A model generated the notes under the pieces. The model ran no database searches, was not told the DNA's origin, and saw only the letters and a program-made list of their open reading frames with translations. From Chloroflexota bacterium (GTDB taxonomy: Bacteria; Chloroflexota; UBA11872; VXNJ01), in contig OZ253449.1 in assembly GCA_965261345.1 (NCBI GenBank), positions 320,001 through 384,000 of the forward strand: a stretch of 64,000 nucleotides of DNA, read 5' to 3'. This document shows, one piece after another, positions 1-8,889 of this stretch (positions within the stretch are counted from its first letter, which is position 1; each line of letters begins with the position of its first letter). The translations under genes were made by a program, and so were the position numbers.

Positions 1-2103
1 GTGGACATTGAAAATCGGCGGCACATCGCGGCTGCCGGGAATCTTGTAGGTTGACGGGCCGCGGGTGCCCAGCGCGCCATTGGCATCCCACCAAAGCTCT
101 TCCATGGTCAGCCAGCCCATGCCCTGGACAAACGCGCCCTCGATCTGGCCGAGATCGATTGCCGGGTTGAGCGAATTGCCGCAATCCTGGAGGATGTCGG
201 TGCGCAGGACCCGGCTCTCGCCGGTCAGGGTGTCGATCGCCACCTCGGAGACGCAGGCGCCGTAGCAGTAATAGAAGAACGGTCGATCGGTCTTGGTCTC
301 TTCATTCCAGCCGATCTTGGGCGTTGCGTAGAAGCCGGTGGCCGAGAGCGACACGCGGGCCTGCCAGGCAAGTTTGGCCAACTCGGAAAACTGGATCTTC
401 TCACCACCAGCGTGTACGTAATTGTTCCGAAATGCGACCTCGGCCTCGTCCACTCCAAAATGGCGGGCGGCCACCGCGGTCATCCGCGCCTTGATTTTTC
501 GCGCCGCCGCCAGAGCCGCCATGCCATTTAGGTCGGAACCCGCCGAGGCCGAGGTCGCCGATGTGTTGGGCACCTTTCCGGTATTGGTCGGCGAATTTGC
601 AATGCGCTGGAGATCGATCTGGAAAGTCGAGGCCACGACCTGGGCGATCTTTGTAAAGAGCCCCTGGCCCATCTCGACCCCACCGTGACTTAAATGCACG
701 CTGCCGTCGGTGTAGACATGAACCAGCGCGCCGGCCTGGTTTAAGGTCGGAACGTTGAACGAGATGCCGAATTTGACCGGCATCAGGGCGATGCCCCGCT
801 TAATCGCCTTGCTTTGGCGGTTGAAAGATCGCACCGCCTCTTTGCGCGCTGGCAAGTTGATTTCGGAGGTGAGGCGATCCACGATCTCAACGATTATGTT
901 GTCTTCAACAACCTGACCATATGGGGCGATGTCGCGCTCGCCTACGCCGTAGTAGTTCACCTGCCGCACCGCGTCCAGATCGAGCCCGCGCTCGCGCGCG
1001 ATGTGCTCGATCACCGCTTCGATTGCCAGCATCCCCTGCGGTCCGCCAAAGCCCCGGAAGGCGGTGTTGGAAACCGTATTGGTCCGACACGGATATCCGT
1101 GGATGTGCGCCTCGGGCAGGAAATAGCAGTTGTCGGCGTGGTAGAGTGCCCGGCGAAGCACCGCCGACGAGAGATCGGCGACATTGCCGGCGCGGCTCGC
1201 CAGCATGAGGTCGATGCCCTCGATCCGCCCCTCGTCGCTAAATCCGACCTCGTAGCGGATCAGAAAGTCATGCCGCTTGCCGGTAATGACCATGTCGGCC
1301 TCGCGATTTAGCCGCAGTTTCACCGGCCGGCCGGTAGCGGCCGCGGCGAGGGCGGAAGCCGCGGCGATGATCGTGGCCTGGCTCTCCTTACCGCCGAATC
1401 CGCCGCCCAGACGGCGGGTCTCGGCGGTAACTGCGTTAGCTGGCAACCCGAGCACGCTGGCCACGACCTGCTGGACCTCGGTCGGGTGCTGGGTCGCCGA
1501 AAAGATCAGCATGCCGCCATCCTCCTGAGGGATTGCCAGGGAAACCTGGCCCTCAAGATAGAAATGGTCCTGGCCGCCGCAGCCCAGGCTCCCGCTGATC
1601 CGATGCTTGGCATTTTTCATCGCTCCCGCCGGGTCGCCGCGTCGTATCACCTGCGGGGGCGAAGTGAACTGCTCTAGCTCGAACGCCTGTTCGATATCTA
1701 GAACTGGCTGAAGTGGGCGGTAGTCGATACCGACAAGATCTGCGCCGGAGCGGGCGATATCCGTTGTTTCGGCCACAACGATCGCCAGCGGCTGGCCCAG
1801 ATAGGTTGCCACCGCCTCGGCAAGCAGCGGCTCGTTGGCAAATATCGGCGCGACATCGTTGTTGCCCGGGATGTCGTCGGCGGTAAGTACCGCCCGGACT
1901 CCGGGCAGGCTGATGGCATCGGCAGCATCGATTGCCGAAATCTCGGCGTAGGCCGCAGGTGACGTTACCAACGCGGCATGCAGGATACCGGCCGGCTCCG
2001 GGATGTCGTCAACAAAGACCGAACCGCCGCTCACGTGAAGTGGTGCACTGTCATGACCGGTAGCGGCGTGGACCCCGCCCCTAATTGGGGTGCAATCGGT
2101 CAC
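1..2103 (-). CDS. xdhB: Xanthine dehydrogenase molybdopterin-binding subunit (3' part beyond window start)
   Basis: Absent from the ORF track because it runs off the edge. Translated by hand from a GTG at 2103 (GTGA overlap with the xdhA stop): MTDCTPIRGGVHAATGHDSAPLHVSG..., with motifs QDHFYLEGQ, RLGGGFGGKESQ, TAFRGFGGPQG, HGGVEMGQG, TSASAGSDLNG, GQIEGAFVQGMG. Confidence 0.95.
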   Translation of the reverse strand, partial: MTDCTPIRGGVHAATGHDSAPLHVSGGSVFVDDIPEPAGILHAALVTSPAAYAEISAIDAADAISLPGVRAVLTADDIPGNNDVAPIFANEPLLAEAVATYLGQPLAIVVAETTDIARSGADLVGIDYRPLQPVLDIEQAFELEQFTSPPQVIRRGDPAGAMKNAKHRISGSLGCGGQDHFYLEGQVSLAIPQEDGGMLIFSATQHPTEVQQVVASVLGLPANAVTAETRRLGGGFGGKESQATIIAAASALAAAATGRPVKLRLNREADMVITGKRHDFLIRYEVGFSDEGRIEGIDLMLASRAGNVADLSSAVLRRALYHADNCYFLPEAHIHGYPCRTNTVSNTAFRGFGGPQGMLAIEAVIEHIARERGLDLDAVRQVNYYGVGERDIAPYGQVVEDNIIVEIVDRLTSEINLPARKEAVRSFNRQSKAIKRGIALMPVKFGISFNVPTLNQAGALVHVYTDGSVHLSHGGVEMGQGLFTKIAQVVASTFQIDLQRIANSPTNTGKVPNTSATSASAGSDLNGMAALAAARKIKARMTAVAARHFGVDEAEVAFRNNYVHAGGEKIQFSELAKLAWQARVSLSATGFYATPKIGWNEETKTDRPFFYYCYGACVSEVAIDTLTGESRVLRTDILQDCGNSLNPAIDLGQIEGAFVQGMGWLTMEELWWDANGALGTRGPSTYKIPGSRDVPPIFNVH

Positions 2104-3521
2104 AGTGCCATTACCTCGGTTGGCTGATCGAAGTTGGTGGTCTCAGCATGGAGGCGCCAGAGCAGATTTCCGGCCACCCGGCGGCGATAGCCGGCGCTGG
2201 CCCGCAGATCGGAGATCGGGGCAAATTCGCGCTCCAGTTCGGCGGAAGCCGCAGCGACGGTGGCCGGCGACCAGAGTGCCCCCTGCAGGACCGCCTCGCA
2301 ACCGCGGGCGCGGACCGGCGTCGCGGCCATTCCGCCGAATGCAATCCGGGCGCTATCTACGCGGCCTGCGCGTATGGTCAAAGCAAAGGCGCCGATTACC
2401 GCCGCGATATCCTGATCGAAGCGTTTGGATATCTTGTAGACCCTAAAGACCGAATCCGGCTGGGGTCGGGGCAGGATTACAGCTTCCAGCACCTCGTCGC
2501 CGGCCAGCGCAGTCTGCCGGTAATCGAGGAAGAATTCAACCGCCGGGATGTGACGAACTCCGCTTTGCGATCGGGCGACAAAGGACGCGTCAAGGGCCAA
2601 CAGGCAGGGGAGGGTATCGCCGATCGGGGAGGCGGTGCACACGTTTCCGCCGAACGTTCCCAGGTTGCGGATCTGACGTGACCCGATCCGCCGGATCAGT
2701 CCGGCAAACGACGGATAGTCCTCATCGATCACCGACAGAGCCTGCGTGTAGGTGATCGCGGCGCCGATGGTAAGAACCGATCCATCGCGCTCGATCCGGT
2801 TGAGTTCGGGAACCCGGCCGGTCCAGATGACTTGGTCAAAACGGCGCCGATCGCGACTCGCCAGAACCCCCAGATCGGTACCGCCGCCCAGCAGCACAGC
2901 GCGGCGATGCTCGGTGCGCAAGGCCAGCAGGCGATTCAGGCTGGCCGGCGCGTAAAACCGCTCTCCACCCTGTTCATAAATTTCATCGATCCCTGTGCCG
3001 GCCAGCGCCTGGGCGATATCCGACGCACCAGCGTCGGGCAGCGGCGGCAGCGTCATTGCGGCGTCGACGATTGGCCGGTAGCCGGTGCAGCGGCACAGAT
3101 TGCCAGCCAGCGCGTCGTGCACATTGGCAAGATTTCTCGGCTCGGAGGACCGGTAGAAGGCGAAAAGCGCCATCACGAATCCCGGGGTGCAGAACCCGCA
3201 TTGGGTTCCGTGGGTCGCAAGCAGGGCTGATTGCACCGGATGCGGTCGGCCGGCGCCATCGGAAACACCCTCGACGGTCCAGACCGCCTTGCCGCCAAGC
3301 TGGGGCACCAGCATCAGGCAGGCATTGGCCGCGCCAAAATCCGTTCGGCCTTCGCAGCATTCGGCGGTAACGATTGTGCAGGCCCCGCAGTCGCCCTCGG
3401 CGCAACCCTCCTTGGTGCCCTTGAGGCCCCGCGTCTCGCGCAAATAGTCGAGCACGGTAGTCGACGGAGAAACCGAGGATTCGGTGCAGATTTTCCCATT
3501 TAGGAGAAATCGGATCGGCAT
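2100..3521 (-). CDS. xdhA: Xanthine dehydrogenase small subunit (2Fe-2S and FAD domains)
   Basis: GTKEGCAEGDCGAC, QCGFCTPG and GNLCRCTGY Fe-S motifs; GGGTDL, IRNLGTFGGN and KISKRFDQD FAD-domain motifs; coupled to xdhB. Confidence 0.95.
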   Translation of the reverse strand: MPIRFLLNGKICTESSVSPSTTVLDYLRETRGLKGTKEGCAEGDCGACTIVTAECCEGRTDFGAANACLMLVPQLGGKAVWTVEGVSDGAGRPHPVQSALLATHGTQCGFCTPGFVMALFAFYRSSEPRNLANVHDALAGNLCRCTGYRPIVDAAMTLPPLPDAGASDIAQALAGTGIDEIYEQGGERFYAPASLNRLLALRTEHRRAVLLGGGTDLGVLASRDRRRFDQVIWTGRVPELNRIERDGSVLTIGAAITYTQALSVIDEDYPSFAGLIRRIGSRQIRNLGTFGGNVCTASPIGDTLPCLLALDASFVARSQSGVRHIPAVEFFLDYRQTALAGDEVLEAVILPRPQPDSVFRVYKISKRFDQDIAAVIGAFALTIRAGRVDSARIAFGGMAATPVRARGCEAVLQGALWSPATVAAASAELEREFAPISDLRASAGYRRRVAGNLLWRLHAETTNFDQPTEVMAL

Positions 3522-3915
3522 GATGGATCCTTACATCGCCCACCGGCCACCCACCGGCCGGGACCCCGCCACCCGATGGGCGTAAGGCTTAGTCGGGCCG
3601 GGTGCCCCGGTGGCAAGCTGGTGCGGACCTGGAAATCGCGCATTTAGCAGTTATAGCCTATCAACCGGGCCGGCCTATCATGACGGGTCCGCAGGTCAAT
3701 CGGGGCCGTGTTGCAGTCGCGCCGGGAGCGGTGCCTGGTGGACTGCGCCGGGCCGCAATTTAACGTCGCTGATTGACGGCGGCTCTCCCGACCAACCCGG
3801 CATCATCTAATTCGCGGCAGTTGTTTCCAGCCTATATAACGATGCCCGTGGGCACACTTAAGCTAACGCTGCTTTATCGCCCGCGAAATGATCCGGGGGG
3901 CCATGGGAGACGCCG

Positions 3916-4548
3916 ATGTTTTATGAGATTGGGAAAGACGGGCAAGCATCATATAGCGCCCTTAATACCATTGTGATTCCGCGTCCGATTGGCTGGATAT
4001 CTACGCTCAGCGCCGATGGCGTCGCCAATCTTGCGCCCTACTCTTTTTTCAACGGGATCGCCTATGACCCTCCGCAGGTAATGTTCGCCGCCACCGGCAA
4101 CCACCCCTTCGGCGGACTCAAGGATGCCGTCCTCGACGCCCAGACCACCGGGGAGTTCACGGTAAACATCGCAACCTGGGAGCTACGAGAGCAGATGAAC
4201 GCGTCATCGGTACCGGCTCCGCGCGAAGTCGACGAATTTGAGTATGCCGGGTTGACGAAGGCTGACGGAACCCTCGTGCGGTGCCCGTGCGTGGCCGAAA
4301 GTCCGGTGCATCTCGAATGCCGGCACATCAAGTCGCTGAGCATGCTCTCCAATGACCCTGAAGAACCCAATACGGTCGTCTTCGGGCAGGTAATCGGGGT
4401 CCACATCGAAGACCGCGTGCTATCTAACGGACGCGTCGATTGGCTCAAGCTGCGTCCGGTGGGAAGGCTCGGATACCTGGATTTCGTAGCGGTCGAGAAC
4501 GTGTTCGCAATGGCCCGGCCCACGTGGCGAGAGCCGCCAAGTGCTTGA
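3916..4548 (+). CDS. Flavin reductase-like (DIM6/NTAB family) protein
   Basis: PRPIGWIST, NLAPYSFFN, ESPVHLEC and PVGRLGY motifs; GGGAG RBS upstream. Confidence 0.9.
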   Translation: MFYEIGKDGQASYSALNTIVIPRPIGWISTLSADGVANLAPYSFFNGIAYDPPQVMFAATGNHPFGGLKDAVLDAQTTGEFTVNIATWELREQMNASSVPAPREVDEFEYAGLTKADGTLVRCPCVAESPVHLECRHIKSLSMLSNDPEEPNTVVFGQVIGVHIEDRVLSNGRVDWLKLRPVGRLGYLDFVAVENVFAMARPTWREPPSA

Positions 4549-5152
4549 TCTGATTCCGCCTCCAAGGCGAAGTCCGCCCTTGGGAGCAAACCGGCGCGAT
4601 GCCGGCCCAATCCTAAATCACGTCCAGGGAGGGATCGCTTCGACATGCCGCAACGGCGCGCTGCGGGAGATCTAATTGGAATTGGCGGGGGTAAATTGGG
4701 CGCCCGCACCGAGTAGCGACGGCAGATTTCGGTGGTTGCCAAACAGCACATTTCGCGCGGCTATCGACCAGCATTTTTGGCCCAGCTTGTTAAATTGGCA
4801 ACCACATTGGGCCCACTTAGCAAATCAGCGACGCGATTTATCGACTGGCAATCCGGCTAACCCTCGTGTGCGCGCGGCCAACCGCTGCCCCGCCGATCGG
4901 CGCTTGATACCAGTTCGCTATGCCAAATGCCCACCGGAGCAATCCAATCGGCGACGGCGCCGTACCCTGGCGGCGACGCCGATTGGGAAATCGGCACATT
5001 TGATCGGCGGTTGTCCATCCCGGTTAAAGTCCAGCGCGTGCAGCAAACCGAATCCGGTTGTCAATCCCGCGCAGGCAAGAATCCGCGGATAAATTTCGGG
5101 CCGCGGCGAGTCAAGCATAATCTTGGGCGCAAATCATTAACCGGAGCGCGAA

Positions 5153-5518
5153 ATGGCCAATAACGTAGTTCACTTTGAGATTGTCGGGAGGGATGGCGCT
5201 GCCAGCCAGCGGTTTTACGGAGACCTTTTCGATTGGAAGGTCAACGCCGACAACCCGATGGGTTACGGGGTAGTGAGCGCGGATCCAGATTCCGCCAACC
5301 GGGTAAGTGGTGGAATATGCCAGGCTCCGGGCGCCAAATTCGCAAAAGTCACCGTCTACGTTTCGGTAGACGACATTGCCAAATACCTGGCCAAGGTCGA
5401 AAAGCTGGGCGGCGAGGTGTTGATGGAGGAAACCGAAGTCATGGACGGTTGGACGATCGGAATGTTTGCCGATCCGGAAGGAAATTGGATCGGCCTTACC
5501 AACAACGGTCCGATGTAG
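5153..5518 (+). CDS. VOC/glyoxalase-bleomycin resistance family protein
   Basis: VVHFEI...FYGDLFDW, YVSVDDI...LGG and FADPEGNWIGL motifs; GGAG RBS. Confidence 0.9.
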   Translation: MANNVVHFEIVGRDGAASQRFYGDLFDWKVNADNPMGYGVVSADPDSANRVSGGICQAPGAKFAKVTVYVSVDDIAKYLAKVEKLGGEVLMEETEVMDGWTIGMFADPEGNWIGLTNNGPM

Positions 5519-5655
5519 GCGATCGCGGCAATCAATCGGCCGAGCGCAACGCCCGGCCGATTCGCCAGATAAGCGGCGCAAACCACGGTACGGGAAGCAA
5601 TCTATCGGACGCACCGCCGAATTCGGCGGTCGGTCCATGCTGCCGGTGCGGCCCG

Positions 5656-6594
5656 CTACCAGCCGATTTCGTAGCTGAGCAGCTTCGAATTTATTACGGT
5701 TACCACCGCGATCACCATAAACAGGGTAAAAGATAGGGCCGCGGCAAACCCCATCTTCAGGGCAAGGAACGCTTCCAGATAGATGAGCATCACTATGGTG
5801 ATGGTCGAATCCACCGGTCCACCACAGATTCGAGTTCCGTCGTCGCAGGCCATGATGAACACTTGGGTAAACATCTGCAAGGCGCCGATGAAATAAACGA
5901 TCACAACGAAGTAGGTGGTGGGTGCCAACAGCGGGATCGTGATCCGCCTCAGCTTGGAAAGACGGCCGGCGCCGTCAATGTCGGAGGCCTCGTAGATGTG
6001 GGGCGGAATCCCCTGTAAGCCGGCCAGATAGATGACCATGTTAAGACCCATGTTTTTCCAGATGCTCATCAGGATGATGGCCAGCAAAGCGGTATCGGGA
6101 CTGCGCAACCACTTGATCGGCGGTTGGCCAAAGACCTTGAGAACCTCGCCGATGACGCCAAGCTGTGGTTCGTACATCCACAGAAAAATCACCGAGACTG
6201 CCACGAACGAAGAGACCACCGGCATGTAGAACATGGCCCGGAAAAAGTAGATTCCACGGATCGCCCGGTTAATCAGGACCGCCAGCAACAGCGACGTGAT
6301 AACCCCCGCTGGGACAGTCCCGATCGCAAAAAGGATGGTGTTACGAATAGCCGGCGGAAAGCGTGGTTCGGTAGCGATCGCCTGGTAGTTCTTGATACCG
6401 TGCAGGGTTGGAGCGGTTAGGAGGTCATAGCTGCTGAAGCTGTAGTACAGCGCGCCGATGATCGGCACGATGATAAACAGCAAGATGAAGAGGATCGACG
6501 GGAGGACAAATAGATAGGCCGAGAGTCCGCCACGGAAAGTTAGCCCCAGGCGCCTTCGCGTCCCGCGTTGCTGCTCCCCGGTAATTGCCGCCAT
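5656..6594 (-). CDS. Carbohydrate ABC transporter permease (MalF/UgpA-like), copy 1
   Basis: Multiple TM segments and EAA loop GLQGIPPHIYEASDIDGA...ITIPLLAPT. ATG at 6594 chosen; GTG at 6603 is possible. Confidence 0.9.
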   Translation of the reverse strand: MAAITGEQQRGTRRRLGLTFRGGLSAYLFVLPSILFILLFIIVPIIGALYYSFSSYDLLTAPTLHGIKNYQAIATEPRFPPAIRNTILFAIGTVPAGVITSLLLAVLINRAIRGIYFFRAMFYMPVVSSFVAVSVIFLWMYEPQLGVIGEVLKVFGQPPIKWLRSPDTALLAIILMSIWKNMGLNMVIYLAGLQGIPPHIYEASDIDGAGRLSKLRRITIPLLAPTTYFVVIVYFIGALQMFTQVFIMACDDGTRICGGPVDSTITIVMLIYLEAFLALKMGFAAALSFTLFMVIAVVTVINSKLLSYEIGW

Positions 6595-6944
6595 ATCCAC
6601 CAAACGCGCGCGAAATACTTGCCCAAACTTCCCAAATTATCCAAACTGTGATTCGACTAAGTAGGCCAATCATTGCGGATCGCCCGCGGTTGATCGGCAT
6701 GCCCACACCCCCGCTCCCTCCGGGGCGGACCGGATCAGCCGGCCGGCCGCTGCTGGTCGGTTTCCACCGGCGATCGACCGTAGCATTTAGCTGCTGATTG
6801 GGAATCTGCGGGCTGGCGGTTGGAACTGAGGGATCACTCCTAGGTTCGGCGACGCCGCTTTCGCGGGCGGGATTTTGACCCGATGCTGAGGAACCCGGCA
6901 ACGCAGAATTGCCGACGATGCTTGTCCGGCGGGGGTGGACGCGG

Positions 6945-8126
6945 ATGGCGCGAGCGCCGCAGTTACTAAATATCGACCGTGCGCGGATGCGGATGCGGGA
7001 TCGCGGAATCGACATCCTCCTGGCCGGCGGGTATGTCAATTTCGGCTACCTCACCGACTTTTTCACCCACTTCGGCCGCGATTTTCCCGGGCCGCTATAC
7101 AACGGCCTCCCATTGGTGAGGTTTGCCGGCCTGCCGGCGGAGCCGCACACCCCGCCGTTCCTTATTTCGTGCCCCGACGAATCCGAGGACGCCCGAGTCC
7201 AGGGAACCTGGATCGCCGACTGCCAATTCCCGGGTCCGGCAAGCGAATTGCCAGGCCCCGGGGTCGTGCCCAACACCGAACAGGAGCCCTATATCGTGCT
7301 GATCCGGTCGCTTCGCGAACGAGGACTTGACCGATCGGTAATCGGGATCGACCTCGTCGATCTGCCGGCGCTGACCGCCGAGCGGCTGCGGGCCGCGTTG
7401 CCGCAGGCCCAGTTGGTCGACGCCTCAAGCGATTTCGCATTCATCCGAATGGTCAAGACCGGGGGCGAATTGGAACGGTTGCGCGGCGCGGTGGCCGGGT
7501 CCGAGCGTGGCCATGCGGCGGTCGCCGCCAACCTGCGGGCCGGAATGACCGAACGCGAACTGGCGGCAATCACCAAAAGGGGGGTAACTGACGCCGACAC
7601 GACTTCCTACATCCTGCACCTGAACGCCGGCGCCCCGACCGACACCCTGCTACCGCCAACCGATCGCCTGGTCGAGTCCGGCTCGGTCGTCTCAGTAGAC
7701 ATTGGCTGCATCCACCGCAATTACATCGGCGACAAGTTTCACACCTACGCGCTGGGCCGGCCCGATGAGCGCGCCTACGACATCCATGTCCGCCTGGACC
7801 AGGTAAACGAGGCCCTGCTAGCGGCGGTGCGGCCCGGAGTTACCGGCGCCGAGTTCTTTGCATTCGGCCGCGCCCAGATGGAATCACGCGGCCTGCAACT
7901 GGCCGGAGCATACATCGGTCACGGAATCGGGATCGACGTGCACGAACCGCCCTACCTGGCACCGATCGATCCGACCCCTTTACAACCAGGGATGGTGATC
8001 ATCCTGGAGGCCGGCACCCGGGCCGAGTCGATCGGGTTCTTCTGTTCCGAGATCGCCTGCCTGGTTGAGGCCGACGGGTGCCAGGTCCTAACCCAGATCG
8101 GGTATTCAATTACTCAGGTTGGTTGA
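6945..8126 (+). CDS. M24 family (Xaa-Pro peptidase/creatinase-like) metallopeptidase
   Basis: RMVKT..E, VDIGC....YIGD, GHGIGIDVHEPP and ILE...CSE metal-ligand pattern. Start is uncertain (6909-6945). Confidence 0.85.
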   Translation: MARAPQLLNIDRARMRMRDRGIDILLAGGYVNFGYLTDFFTHFGRDFPGPLYNGLPLVRFAGLPAEPHTPPFLISCPDESEDARVQGTWIADCQFPGPASELPGPGVVPNTEQEPYIVLIRSLRERGLDRSVIGIDLVDLPALTAERLRAALPQAQLVDASSDFAFIRMVKTGGELERLRGAVAGSERGHAAVAANLRAGMTERELAAITKRGVTDADTTSYILHLNAGAPTDTLLPPTDRLVESGSVVSVDIGCIHRNYIGDKFHTYALGRPDERAYDIHVRLDQVNEALLAAVRPGVTGAEFFAFGRAQMESRGLQLAGAYIGHGIGIDVHEPPYLAPIDPTPLQPGMVIILEAGTRAESIGFFCSEIACLVEADGCQVLTQIGYSITQVG

Positions 8127-8264
8127 CTACACGGGGATTGGCGGGTCCGTTCGAAATCGACCGCAGGTGCTCTGGCCGGCCGCTGCCATATTGGCTAGTT
8201 GGGTGGCTCCGAAAATTGGCGCTGGAACGCCGGGCGGGTCCGCGACCCTGAGAAGGTGGGTATC

Positions 8265-8681
8265 GTGAACGCATTCAAGCGCCTGGCAGGCGCTTATCTG
8301 GTCGGACTGGGCGCAATTGTCGCGGTCCACTTCATTACCACCCAGTTTTACGATCCAACCTGGACCGGCGACTCGATCGCGGTTTGGCAGGTGCTCGACC
8401 CGCTGATGGCGATCGGCATCGTGATCGTCTTAATCACCGCTTTTCAGGGCAAATGCGGTTTGGATCGCCAATCAAACGGCGCCACCGTGAGTCGCCAATA
8501 CCTGGAGACCAATTTCACCTTCTATTTCGGGATCGTGCTGTTTATCGGCCTGCTCTGGAATTGGATTGGCGTCGGCTTCATCGAACCCACCAATGACAAC
8601 GTGCTGCTCTGGTTGCTAATTGACACGACCCTCCCGCCCTTTGTTGGAGCGGCCGGAATACGTCTGCTTCGCGGCATCTAG
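8265..8681 (+). CDS. Hypothetical membrane protein (about 4 TM)
   Basis: Four hydrophobic stretches; GTG at 8265 preceded by GAAGGTGG. Confidence 0.7.
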   Translation: MNAFKRLAGAYLVGLGAIVAVHFITTQFYDPTWTGDSIAVWQVLDPLMAIGIVIVLITAFQGKCGLDRQSNGATVSRQYLETNFTFYFGIVLFIGLLWNWIGVGFIEPTNDNVLLWLLIDTTLPPFVGAAGIRLLRGI

Positions 8682-8889
8682 AGTTGGCGCCCGGCAGGGC
8701 GGATCCCGTTGGCAGCGACCGACCCCTAACCCCGACGGCCAGGTCAACGCCTATATGCGCCGCTAGCGGAGCGCTCGGGTATTAGGCCGTCCCAAGCAGG
8801 ACGATTCGACGTCTCGGCCCAAGGTCAGCCAACACGGGTTGCCAGGCCGATTTGGGCATCGATCCCGCCCCGGCGGGCGGGAAAGGGAA

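Noticed and set aside
65-1928. Numerous short ORFs in the track over 1-2100 (and 63029-63814)
   Set aside because: They are shadow frames of xdhB and purH, which the track missed because those genes cross the window edges.
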